A stretch of 63,722 nucleotides of DNA, filler included. It is 13 parts of 13 records of this genome, joined end to end, with 100 filler letters (N's around TTAATTAATTAA, not from the genome) between each part and the next. Parts side by side here need not be neighbours in the genome. Positions count along the whole stretch, not along the records: positions 26,054 to 31,191 come from SRR7504441_10851; positions 31,292 to 34,759 come from SRR7504441_10863; positions 34,860 to 37,866 come from SRR7504441_10865; positions 37,967 to 42,878 come from SRR7504441_10869; 9 more parts are not named here. The stretch is one strand, 5' to 3'. Below, one piece after another: positions 29,751 to 41,294 of this stretch. The notes beneath the pieces are model-generated. The model did no database searches. It had not been told where the DNA came from and worked only from the letters and a program-made list of their open reading frames with translations. Within the stretch, counting starts at the first letter, position 1, and each line of letters begins with the position of its first letter. The translations under genes and the position numbers were made by a program.

Positions 29751-31191
29751 TCAGTTGTACTGCTTGGGCGGCCGCTTCACTTGGAACACCCGCAAATTGC
29801 CGCTATAATCGGCACAGAACAACATCTGCCCACCGCACGCTCAACCGGGGCGGCCCTTGAAGGCCAGCTACCTGCCCCTGGGCGGCCTCGTTCTGGCCGT
29901 ACTCGAGCGCACAGACATTGTGCGGTGCGAAGACGGCCACGGTCACCTGCGGCGGGCTCAGCGCGAGGGGGTGCGGGGCGGACCATGGTGGTTGAGGCCT
30001 TGAACATCTCGTGCGACTCGTTGTGGTCCTCCCGACTCGACTGGAACAATCCGGGCTTGAAATCATTCAACTTGTTCCACACGACCACGTTGCTGTCTTC
30101 CGAGCCGCAGACTATGTACGCCATCCCCTCGCTAAAGCTGGCTTGCACCGGCAAGTCCGTGTTGGCCACGCCAATGAATTTGCACACGAGCGAATAATCT
30201 CGCGTGTCGAACAGCCGGATTCGTGAATCGTTGGTGGTCACCTGGTCCCGAGCGGTCAGCCCAGCCGATTCGAATCAAGCTCACCAGCAGCTGATCGCTC
30301 ACCCAGTGCAGCCCAGTGACCTTCTTCCGGTCCTCCGCCCGCTCGCGCTTGCCGGCACACGCGTCGAATTCCGTTACAAACTTGAGCCCTTCTGTCTGAT
30401 AGAACTGGCCGCTCGCTCGCAGCCTGAGCGAGCCTGGGGGCACCTTGCACATCCCGTTGTAGCAGCCTGCGAGCGCCATGTGCCCATCGCTAGAGAAGGC
30501 AGCCGAGGTGCACCAGGCGTTGGTCGGGGCCCACTCCACGCACCTGCATGCACTCGCCGCCAGCCAGCGAGGCCGAATCACTTCTTGTCTGGGATGTTGA
30601 AAAGCCTGATTCGCATCTCCTGATACGAGGCCGACAGAAAGTAACTGCGGCCAGCTCAGCCGGGTCTAGCCGGCCGGGGACCGCTCGTCCTTCGGGTGGA
30701 AACAGACAGCGGTTACGTATCCGTTATGCCTGAACGTGGCGAGGCACTCTGCTCGAAGCACATGCCACAGCCGGACAGTCTTGTCCATCGAGGCCGAGAG
30801 CAGGAAGTTGCCGGCCGACCAAGCCGTGTCGAGCACCTCCTTCTTGTGCCCGCAGAACGACCGGTACGGCCGAGGCTCGACCACGCTGTTCTCATTCCCT
30901 CCTACTACCCATACCTGCCAGTCCGACTAAGCACCGACACAACGCTCTGGCGGCACCCTAACCACCATGTCGTCGCCGGCTGAGCTGAGATACTGCCCAT
31001 CCCTAGAGAATGCCATCGTCCAGATCTGCCCTCCGGCTCGCCGCCACCCGCGGCCGCCGCCGCACAGCGCCCGAGTGCTCCTGCAGCTGCTGCTGAAGCA
31101 CCAACCCGTTCAACTCCTTCTTGTTCTTCCGTGACACTGTGACCTTCTCCGTCACCAGCGTCTCGCCCTCCGCCTCGCTATAGGCGGCGAG
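29751..31191 (-). CDS. WD40-repeat protein, WDR44-like, 5'-partial, multi-intron
   Basis: HSGAIWTMAFSRDGQYL, FCGHKKEVLDTAWS..FLLSASMDKTVRLWH, FRHNGYVTAVCFHPKD, VTTNDSRIRLFD, ASFSE..YIVCGSED. Confidence 0.88.
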
Positions 31192-31342
31192 NNNNNNNNN
31201 NNNNNNNNNNNNNNNNNNNNNNNNNNNNNNNNNNNTTAATTAATTAANNNNNNNNNNNNNNNNNNNNNNNNNNNNNNNNNNNNNNNNNNNNGAATAGTTG
31301 TAGTTGTAACAACGTTTACATGTATCATACTGAGCTTGGCCA

Positions 31343-33336
31343 GCAAGTACGCAGTACTCGGCCTCAAAGCCGTCGAGCGACTCCACAGTGTGTCCACTGA
31401 CATCACTGGCCACGGGTGAGACAGGCTCAAGCTCAACGGCTCGTGGCTGAGTCAGGCTGACCTGTGTGAGCATGGGACGGTGCACTGAGACTCTCCGGTC
31501 TCGAGGCGAGCTGCAGGAGACGCTCAACCGGGACATCGCCCGGATCTACGAGGAGGTGCCGGAGCTGCCTGCTCGCCCGCCCGATCTGCTCTCGCTGGTC
31601 CGCCGGATCGAGGACCTCGGGCGCAAGATGCTCGAAGGTGACACCTCGCGCGAGGAGACCCGCGAGCACGGCAAGCTGCTCGAGACGTTCAGCCAGCTCA
31701 CTGACCGACTGGTCGAAGCCTCGGAAACCTTCCGGGCCGCGTACGAGCCGTTCGCCGCCGAGTCGGCTTGGATGCTCCTCGGGGACCGGCTGAGCGACTG
31801 TCCTGGGTTCCAGGCCGCCGCAGCCGAGCCCGCGGTGCTGGCCCTGTTCATGCGGGTCTCGGACGAGTGCCGGGAGTCGAGCGAGCGCCGGTGCGACTTT
31901 CTAGACGCTGTCACCGTCTCGCGAGCTGAGTTCAGCAACATGCAGTTCCAGGTTGCGAGCCGGGCGCCGGGCCGCGATTGGTTGGGTCCAGAAACTGCGG
32001 GACTTGAACAAGCTGTCCCAGAGCATCATGGCGGTGGCCTTCCCGCTGTACCCGCCCACCGAGGTAGTTCCCGACATCGACTCTGACTTCCTCGGGCCTG
32101 GCTCTGTGCCAGCTGGCAAGGCATCCAGCCACTCCATCAGGGCTGACACCGCCGCGCAGGTTGTCTCCCGGTACCACAGTGAGCTGTCTAAAGCCAAGGA
32201 GCGCTACGCGATGGACCTCATGGACTGCCTTGGTGTGTCCAAGGAGCAAGCCAAAGAGTGCGCTGGCACGCCTGCAGAATACCCGCACTCTATGTTCCAG
32301 CAGGCTCGGCCCCGGGCGCCGGGGGCTGAGCGGTGGGCAGGTCCAGCGGATGGGACTAGCTTGGGCCAAGACCGACGCGGGCGAGCTGGCGCGGTTGTCC
32401 ACCCTGGAGCTGATCGACGGAGCGCTCGAGTCTGAATGGCTTGCACCTGTTGCCAGCAAGCTCCGGAAGCTGAAGACGCGGCGGAAGCCGTTGCTGACCC
32501 TGGCCAGCCCGACGGCGGCGGTTGTGGACATGGCGCTGTATCTGGAAGAGCGCGAGTGGCGAGGATGGGCGGAGGACGGGACGGCTCTGCTGCCGGAGTG
32601 GGTTGTGGCTCAGATCAAACATCTCGGTTTCCAGGGCAAGATGGGCGAAGGGGAAGGCGGCAGTGTTTGCAAGGTGAACGGTGCCAGCATTGCGGTGAAG
32701 ACCATCACTGCCGGGCTGACGAGGAACGGCCGGGGTTCGGGATCGCTGGCGCTGGGCATCTACACTCGCGTGACTAAATACGGCTGCCCGCAGAATCTGG
32801 CAGGATTCATGGGGTTTTGGCTAGATAAGGGCTGGATCTACTTGGTGATGCGAGCCGAGGGCTGCAATGTAGACGTTTGCGGGGAGTCGGTGAGAGTGAT
32901 CAGTGTGGATGATGTGTACAGTCACGTTACGAGTCTGACTGAGCAGCCGAGCCCGTCACTGCGTGAGGTGAATTCTATCGAGTTTTTGGACGGATCCCAC
33001 TGGTCGGAGCGGACGTTGAACGACCAGTACCACCGCACCTTCCCGGCGGACCTGTACTTCTCAATGCTGGCCCAGGCCCTAGGAGTGTGCCCAGTGCAAG
33101 CTAGAGCTGAGGCGAGTCAAGGAATGGCGCTCGAGCTGCACAAGCGCACGAGGCAGCAGGTCGTCGCGCTGTTCGCCACGCAGACGCTGCTGTGCGTGAG
33201 AGACATGCACGCGCTTGATTGTGTTGCTGGTGATCTGCGCACCCGAGGGAATTTCCTGCTCAGTGCGGAGCACAGCTTTAGAATGATTGACTTTGAAAAA
33301 GGCGCCCTCTACCAAGACGAATGGTTCAGTAAGTGA
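31343..33336 (+). CDS. Helical N-terminal region + atypical protein-kinase-like domain, 5'-partial
   Basis: Introns at about 31415-31455, 31952-31991 and 32304-32340 (GC-AG) join three ORFs. Motifs GEGEGGSV, IAVK, DMHALDCVAGDLRTRGNFLL and MIDFEKG, with a stop about 12 codons later. Confidence 0.6.
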
Positions 33337-33487
33337 TCAATTACTATGCATGGTAAGTCATCGACACGATGAGTTGTCTGACGCTAGTCTGACACGAGAT
33401 TGAATTGTAAGAACACGGATAAACGAGTAATGTCATTGAGAAAAATGGCACACGACTTTATTACGACATTATGATTAATTACTTAGG

Positions 33488-34759
33488 CTAGTGTTCCTTC
33501 TCAGGCGCCATTTCTTTGAAGTCTTCAGGCGCTATTTCTTTGAAGTCTTGTTTCGTACCTCTCTTGGCGGGCGGGACGAATTTTAGGCCAAGCATCTTGA
33601 ATATCCCCTCCTCCGAATGTTCAGGAAGAGCAATATACTCCGCCTCCCAGTACTTCACATAGCCCTTGCCCTGCTCTTTTCTTCTCCTACACGGCCGCAC
33701 GCCGTGGTCCGAGAGGGTGAGCTCCAGATCAGTCCTGTCCAGCCCGTCCTTCTCGAGACTGACCATGACTGGAGAGTCAACTGGTGGGTGGAGTTTGCGG
33801 CAATAATAGCGAATCGACCTGTCAGACAGCTATCAATGCATCAATACAACTGGCACACCGGTTGAAGTGCTCCCCACTCGTAAAATAGAGTAGGGCAAAT
33901 GGGTACGAGATCGGTGGGTAGACTTTGATGTCAATCCGCCGGTGCTGACGCCCCTCGGCCACTCGGCAGATTCCCATGTACATGTCTGACTGCTCATCGA
34001 TGATCACAGGTCCGCCAATCCGCTCATTGATGACGGGGCTAGGCATAGTCAAATGGTCAGTCAGCAGGCCAGCTTGTGCAAGCCTTGCCACCAGCCTCGC
34101 TAGCAGCCCCTCCAGTCTGGACGGGTCCCTATGCGAAATCAACATGTCCACGTCACCACAATCCGGGCTGCCCCTGCGGTAGCTCCCACAAGTATGCAGC
34201 GTGGCCTCCGGAACTAGAACTTGCAGCTCTCGCACCACTATTGCCTCGATCTCCTGCACCTCCGACCGCGGCATCCGCTCCAGAAGGTCGTGGTAATGCT
34301 TTATCCCGATCCGCTGCTGCTGCGTGGGCGAGCCGCGTGATAACACATCGTCGAGCGACCGCAGCCCGTTAGCAAACCAGGCTCGCGCTGTGGGTTCGCC
34401 TGCGCCCCAGATGTTGGTAAACAGGTCGACTACCCGCTGATCCGGGTCCGCCCGGTGGGCGAGCACACGCTGGTGCGTGCCGGTTTGGACAATCTCTACG
34501 ATCTTTTGGTAAGTCTTTCCCCCTTTTGTGACCCCCTTGCACTCGCCAATCCCGCTCTTTTCAACGTCTTCAACCGTCTCAAGCCGTTTCGGCAGCCTGG
34601 ACACAACCGTAATAGCAGTTTTGTAAGCGATCACACGCCAATCATTCTGGCCTTTGGCACGCCCGAGGTCGCTCTGCGCTGCCCGCTGCATCTCCTTGAG
34701 CACGCTCGTGACATGCTCATTCTTGTTTTCGACATCCACTCGAGGATTCTGGCACCACA
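33488..34759 (-). CDS. Family X DNA polymerase (lambda/beta-like), 5'-partial
   Basis: 8-kDa and HhH regions (FTNIWGAG), GIKHYHDLLERMPRSE, CGSYRRG...GDVDMLI, RRIDIK and ALLYFTSG..FNR. One intron at about 33820-33859. Confidence 0.93.
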
Positions 34760-34909
34760 NNNNNNNNNNNNNNNNNNNNNNNNNNNNNNNNNNNNNNNNN
34801 NNNTTAATTAATTAANNNNNNNNNNNNNNNNNNNNNNNNNNNNNNNNNNNNNNNNNNNNCCCCCCCCCCCCCCCCCCCCCCCCCCGCGTGGGCCGACTGA
34901 GCTGGCTTG

Positions 34910-36423
34910 CAGCTGCTCGCGGGGTTCCTAGACACCGTCCCCACCTGGCTCGTTATGGTCCGGTTACATCATATTAGCTGGCCGAGCGGCTGGCCAGATC
35001 TGGTGGCTTCCGGACTATTACAAGACACACATCGCACAGGACGGCGCGCCGGGCGGGTCGGTTTGGTCCGAGCGGCGGGCAGGCAAGCCGGTGCTGGAGG
35101 GGATTGCGGTCGGCGAGCTGCACAGATATGGCGACACGCACAGGCGGGAGACAGTCCAGGCGCTCACTCCGTGGGGGAACGACATGACCGAGCTGCAAGA
35201 GGCGCCGGTGGAGCCAGGGCTCACCCCGGGCTGGTTTCAGAAAGGTCGGCCGTCGCTGGCGGGTGGTGCCAGGAACGTGCGGTCAGGTGGCCCGCGGCAT
35301 GTGCTTTACATGCACGGCGGCGGCTTCCTCGCGGCCAACGCGCTACTGCTGATGCCGTCCATCACGCCGGTGGTCCGGGCAGGCTTCACAGTCTGGTGCG
35401 CCTGCCGTTGGGGTCCATTTGATCCGGTGGGAGGTGCATCAACTACCCACTCTCGCCTCAGTCGCAGCACCCTACAGCAGTCGTCTCAGTGCTCCGAGCG
35501 CTCAACTGGCTCACTACCCGTAGGAACGTGCACCAAGTGGCCGACTCGGGCCCGGGCAGGCCCGATCCGCCGGCAGGTGATGGTGATGGGCGACTCTGCA
35601 GGCGGACAGCTCGCAATGACCGCCACGGGTGCCGGCCGGCTGCCGCTCCCTGCGAGCCCCACGAGCAGCACTGGCGTCCAACCCCAAGCTGCTGAGAGAG
35701 CTGGTGGCCAGCTCGCCAGACCTGTGCGCATCCATCGCCGACTGGCGGTCGGGGCGTTACGCGAGATATGTATAATTCGTGGATTCGTAGGTTCCCGAGG
35801 ATCCCGGCTGTGGTGTCACTGTATGGCGTGCTGGACCACCAGTCGTGGACCCCAAAGGACCGGCGGCTGACCCAGCTCACCTGGCTGGAAAACAAGCTCT
35901 CACAGTTCGCACTGGAGCTGTGCACATGGAGCTATTGCAAGTTCCCGGCCTGCACCGCCGCGACATGACTGGCTGAGCAGGAACAGGGAAGCTGCTGGCG
36001 GGAAGGTGCTCTTCTGCGATTTTGTGCCGGAGCTTGAGGCGTTCCCGCCGTCGCTGCTGGTGCGAGGCTGCGGGCCGGATTCAGAGGCCGCTGGGGCAGG
36101 TTTGTGGCGATTTGGACATTCTGGTGCATTCGTCGCGGCGGGCGGCGGACATGCTGACTGAACGTGGCTATGTGAGCACAATGTCGGAGTACAACGCGCG
36201 TCACGCGTTCATGGGGCTCCCACCGGGTGCATCCCTGGGCTGGACGGCGCGACGGGGGACAGCGTTGCATCTGGGGGCCCCGACGTGGAAGACTCACGGG
36301 ATGCTCGCATGGCGGGAGGTGATAGAGTTTTTAAACGAGCAGCACGAGATCAGCTTTAGCAGCCCCAAGCCTAAACAGGCCCAGCCGGATGATGGCTCGA
36401 TCACGCGGGCCACCAGACAATGA
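34910..36423 (+). CDS. Alpha/beta hydrolase, hormone-sensitive-lipase-like esterase; 5'-partial, multi-intron
   Basis: LYMHGGGF, INYPLSP, MGDSAGG, DLDILV and catalytic-His region HAFMG, assembled across short introns. Confidence 0.85.
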
Positions 36424-36763
36424 CCGAGCATGTTTGCCACTACAATCAGTATCTAGTCAATTACATGTACTCAGCACCGGAAGTTAGAAACATGGTACGG
36501 TAGGATTATGGCAGTACTGTCATGTATCATGTTCCTAAATGTGATGTGAGGAACAGTAGGCTAACGATCTTAACTCATTGCCTATTGTCCCGCTGCTTGC
36601 GTACTGACACTCATAGAATCCGCAGTTATCTGATGTGAAGGGCAGTTACGACGAGTCCGTGATTGTACATGTACCTAGACTTTGTAACAACGATCAGTCC
36701 TAATCATCAGTGTTGGCAATACGCCGGCCGGCTTTAATACGCGGCTTTAAGCGCAATGAAGTT

Positions 36764-37783
36764 CTAGTAGAATAGCCTTGTACCAATAGTGCTCGCGAGC
36801 AATCCCGTAGGTGCTAGTGGCAGAGCATGCTTCCGGACTCCGGCCTCAAACTCGCCCCGATGAATCACGCCGTCCCCGTTAGCGTCCCAAAGCTCGAACG
36901 GCTCGAACGGCCCTCCGCCTCTGGAGAGCAGCGCCCGGGTCTCGACCAGTCCTTGCCGGATCGAGGCCAGCTTGGAGGCTGCGTGCACGGCCTGGTCTGC
37001 GGCTTGCATGCTGGTCGCCATGGCCGCATGCCCGGGGTCCGGCCGGAGCGGCTGGGTCCGCCAGTCGACGCATTGCATCTGGAGCCGATCAAGCCGGAGC
37101 ATCGACTCTGCCAGCTGAGTACGGACCAGGTGCCCTGAGTGGTCCGGTGGGCTGTGCATCGCACCAGCCCGCCAGCCGTGCGGCGCCCGGCTGAGCTCCT
37201 GCATCTGCATTGGGGTCTGGTCCAACCCAACAGCTGAGGGGACCGCCCGGCCGCCTAGCCCGCTGCTGTCCACCCCGCCGCTGTGCCCCCTGCTGTCCAG
37301 TCTGCCAGCGCCGAGCCTGCTGCCACCGAGCAGCCCGTTGCGGTCTTTGGCCTCGATTTCGCCCCGATCCTTTACGCCGTCGCGACCGGTTGCACCGCGA
37401 TAGTAGGCCCCGGCCCGGTTAGCGATCATATCCCTGGCCTGGTCGCCGTCCCAGTGCTTCAACCGGCTTTTGCGGGGCACCGGCTGCGGCCGGCCGACCC
37501 TTGCGAGCATGTCGTCCAGCCAGTCCTCGACCACACTCAGGTCGTCACTCGCGCTCGGTCTGCCCGGGCTGGTGCCGATCGCCCCGGTCTTGCAGGTCGG
37601 CCTGAGCTGGTCGCCCCAGCTGGAGATGATTTGATCGCGCAGCATGGTCATCGACTCGGCCGGCAGCCAGCCGGGCGAGGCTGGGCCCCTGCGCGGTGGG
37701 TTGGCACGGCGTGCGGGCCGCGGGCACCTGGACCGGCCGCCATGCCGCGGCAGGTCTGGCCGGATCTGGCTGGGCGCGCTCAT
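36764..37783 (-). CDS. Hypothetical protein with a C-terminal EF-hand
   Basis: 339-aa ORF flanked by AT-rich intergenic DNA, with FELWDANGDGVIHRGEF. In-frame introns are possible. Confidence 0.5.
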   Translation of the reverse strand: MSAPSQIRPDLPRHGGRSRCPRPARRANPPRRGPASPGWLPAESMTMLRDQIISSWGDQLRPTCKTGAIGTSPGRPSASDDLSVVEDWLDDMLARVGRPQPVPRKSRLKHWDGDQARDMIANRAGAYYRGATGRDGVKDRGEIEAKDRNGLLGGSRLGAGRLDSRGHSGGVDSSGLGGRAVPSAVGLDQTPMQMQELSRAPHGWRAGAMHSPPDHSGHLVRTQLAESMLRLDRLQMQCVDWRTQPLRPDPGHAAMATSMQAADQAVHAASKLASIRQGLVETRALLSRGGGPFEPFELWDANGDGVIHRGEFEAGVRKHALPLAPTGLLASTIGTRLFY

Positions 37784-38488
37784 CTGTACATATGCATAGC
37801 TCGGTAGATCTATCAGGTACCGGTACTAGTACTTTAGTACCGTAATTTTCCTTATTTAAGACCTGANNNNNNNNNNNNNNNNNNNNNNNNNNNNNNNNNN
37901 NNNNNNNNNNTTAATTAATTAANNNNNNNNNNNNNNNNNNNNNNNNNNNNNNNNNNNNNNNNNNNNCGGGTCGGAGGCCGAGATGAACGCCATCGATCAC
38001 CACTACAACATTTTCATCAAGATCAAGCAGCAAGCCACCAAAGCAATCACCAACATCAAGAATATGATAAAACTCCCTAAAATAGGTTAAGGGCGAACTA
38101 TAGGCACTAATTATAATGTTCGTGCATATAGATAAGCTTAGTTCATGCACACGCTATGCACACGCTGCATGCCAAACTCATGGCATTGCAGGACGTCACT
38201 AGAAATTAATAAAATAATTTACTTGATAACTAAATCTTAATGGTTCCACCCCAGGTACTACCACGCCCCCCCGGGAGCAGCTGGGGACGCCGGAAAGGTC
38301 TCGGCTCTTCGGCCCGACACGTCCTCCGCAGATCAAACAAATCGTGAACAGATCATCCGAACTCGCGCCACTTCTTGCTCGGTTTTGTCCGTTGACAACG
38401 CGCGGAGGTGTGCCGGGGGCCGCGGGACGTGCTGAATCCTTAGCTAGGACACGGGGCTGGGCGAGGGCTGACGGGTGCGGCACAGGCG

Positions 38489-38813
38489 ATGCAGATATTC
38501 CTCAAGAACAAGTGGCCCGGTGCTCGGATCTCGCCGGCCGGCCGGAGCGGGGCCGCAGGCGCGATGACCTACATGATTACTGTTGACGACGCCGAGGGCA
38601 TGACCTACGGCGAGATCAAGACCAAGCTGGAGAACGAGGAGGGGTACGGGGTAGAGTCCATTGTGCTCACGTACGAGCCGGCCGGGGTTGTTCTCAAGAA
38701 CGAGTGGAAGGCAAGCCCCAGCCGGGCGGGGTCGAGCCCGGGCATAGGTGGGCGCAGAAGAGGGATGCACCTTAGGCGAGCGGGCCGAGATCCTGCTCAC
38801 CAAGGCCGAGTGA
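38489..38813 (+). CDS. Small ubiquitin-like (beta-grasp) protein without C-terminal GG
   Basis: Splicing 38520-38558 (GT-AG) and 38711-38747 (AG|GCAAG...TAG) gives MQIFLKNKWPGAMTYMITVDDAEGMTYGEIKTKLENEEGYGVESIVLTYEPAGVVLKNEWKVGAEEGCTLGERAEILLTKAE*, which follows the ubiquitin pattern. Confidence 0.65.
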
Positions 38814-39209
38814 GCCGGCACCGCTGGCCGCTGCAGCGCTTGCCACCCGCGTGAGGAGAGTGGTGCAGTGGCGCCGAACGGCCGCGGCGTGCGGATAGGG
38901 CAGCATCTAGGCGAGTAGGAGCGGGTGCGCGGTCCAGACAGCAACGGCGAGGACACGTTCTGGCACCAATATTTAAAGCCCCGGTTGCTTCCATGAATTT
39001 TATTATTACCGGCGAGTTGCTATTGCATATACGGTAGCGAGTCGCGTGTTCGGCTGATGCGGCTGATCATCGGCGGGCTTCATGTTGCCCGGTTCTCATC
39101 CGCAGCCATTGTAACTTGTTGCTAAAATTGTCTACACTCTGTCCGTTAAACATGTACCGAATTCTAGTCAGAAAATTACGAACATAATTATGTAGGATTA
39201 ATGTAAGAT

Positions 39210-40942
39210 TCAATGCAAATTGAATGTCTTGTTGCCGCTGTGCGGCTCCACCACCAACACTGTGCTCACCACGGCCCCGTTCTCCACCTGCGTCCCATCA
39301 GCGGCCCCACCGCCGCTCACTGACCTGCGGCTCGTCCACCGCAAGCACTTGGCCCTCGCCGCCGCAGCCGAGCATCCCTTTGTGCCCTCGCAGCTTAAAC
39401 TCCTGGTGGGTGTGTGCCTTCCGGCCCCACGCCTGGAAGAGCACCGGCTGCAGATCGCAGCTGGCCGTGCCCACAAACACCGGCCACTGGCTGACCGACG
39501 GCTTCTCCGCCCTCGGTTTGCCCCAGAGCGAGACTCGGAGCTCCGCGTGAGGCGGCACGTCGCCGTTCAGTCCAAACACCAGCAGGTTGTGCTTGGAGAG
39601 CGGCAGCACCAGGTCGGCGGCAGTCCTCTGGGCCATCCTTACCTGCCCGGGCTGGCCCCCGCGCCCGCGGTCCGGCCACACCTCGGCCATCTTGAACGCC
39701 TTGCCATGCAGCTCCACCATCACAAAAAGCCCAGCGAGCGGACGGGAGAGTCCGACTGCCTTCGGGACCCGGATCAACCCAATCTTGAGCGCCACGGTGC
39801 AGTCCGGCGGGCGCATGCACAGGTGTGCCACCAACTGCACTGCCTTAGGGTGGGATGGCAGCAAGTGATGTGAATCGACTGGCTGGTCCATCTCCACCTC
39901 CGTGTTCACTGTATCCATACCCACCCAGCCGCTAGCCGCCTGCAGCGAGTAATACGGCACTACCCCTGCGCCGGCCACTCACGTCCGCCCAACCGCCGAT
40001 GTACCGTCCCCGCTGCGAAGCACTCCACCGGCGACGTACTGCAGTGTCGCAGCTGTCTCGAAAGCTTGGCCTACCGAGCCGGCCAGCCCCTCCACTTGTC
40101 CGATCTTGGACGGCTCCCAGTCGGATCCGTTGGTCCGCTCCACGAAGAATGTGCGGAGCGTGTCCACTTGGACTGCATACACTGCTTTGACCTGCCTCGG
40201 CTGCAGGCCCGTCCAGCGCTAGCGGCACCTTGCAGAAGAGCGGAGGCCTCCCCGTTTCAAAATGCTGCCGGGCCTCCACCTCGCCGGATGCAATCTTATC
40301 CTGTACGAGCATCATTTCTGAGCAGTACTCGTTTCTGAGCACTCTGTCCGTCAGGATCTTAGCCCCCAGTTGCAGCGCTTCGAACTCATCCCGGAATGTC
40401 TCGCCCTTCCGGTCCGGGTGGCAGCTCAGAGCCTGTTTCCGGCAATGCTTCTGGCAGACTTCGTCACTCTGCTCGTGGGCCTCGAGCGCCGATCGGCCGT
40501 CGCGCTTCCGATTGAACAGTGCCACCTCCAACGTGCTCTGCTGAAGATCCGCTGCGTTCCGCTTGTCCTCGTATGCGTCCCAGAGCGCCTTCAGGCGCGT
40601 CTTGTCCTCGCCGTCCTTCTCCTTTTTGTTGGCCTTTTTGCTGTCCCGCACCGCCCTCTCTTCCTGTTTCGCGGCCTTCATGGCATCCCGGGCCGCCTTC
40701 TTGCCCGCCTCCAGCTCCTCCTTCAGCCGCTCCACGGTGTTCGCGCTACGGACTCCACGGCCGGCCACGGCGAGCTCCTTCGCCAGCACCTCGATCAAGG
40801 TCCTGGGTGCCTGTACCATCGGCATCAGCGGGATCCTTTCCACCATCGTGGCCACGGCCGCCAGCTCGTCCGACGACTTCATGCCCAGGTGGTCCCGTTC
40901 ACTCTCGACCTCCTGCCGCCTCTCGGCCGACCCTCCCGCCAC
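39210..40942 (-). CDS. DnaJ-domain protein with coiled-coil N-terminus and possible C2-like C-terminal domain; multi-intron, start uncertain
   Basis: CRKQALSCHPDRK....FEALQLGAKILTD..LRNEY (HPD motif). Downstream ORFs are linked by short introns. Confidence 0.65.
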
Positions 40943-41294
40943 CTCTCGGCCCGACCAGCTTCTTTGAACTTTGACCTTGCGCAGACCCAGCGCAGGCCTT
41001 GAATGAGCGGATCACGCCTGCATGTCGTGTACTCGTATGTCGACGTCCACACAACACATTGTACAAAGTAAGTACGAGTACATGAATCAGTGTACAGTAA
41101 GTAGGCTTCATGATCGGTTTTAATTAAGATTGGTTGCGCCAAGCTACTGTAAGAATTTCACCATACATAATTAATAATAATAACTTTATGTTCGTAATTT
41201 TCTGACTATAAAATGGATGCAGAGTAAAGCTTCAAATAGGGCAACCACTATAATGCAAGCATTACTTATTGTCGTGAACATTGATCAGCCTGCT

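Noticed and set aside
27437-31191. Fragmented ORFs as frameshifted pseudogenes, recoding or an alternative genetic code
   Set aside because: Each break examined is resolved by a roughly 36-47-nt GT/GC-AG intron that restores family motifs under the standard code.
33498-33550. 24-nt duplication at the Pol X C-terminus (DFKEIAPE/DFKEMAPE)
   Set aside because: Simple slippage in a disordered tail.
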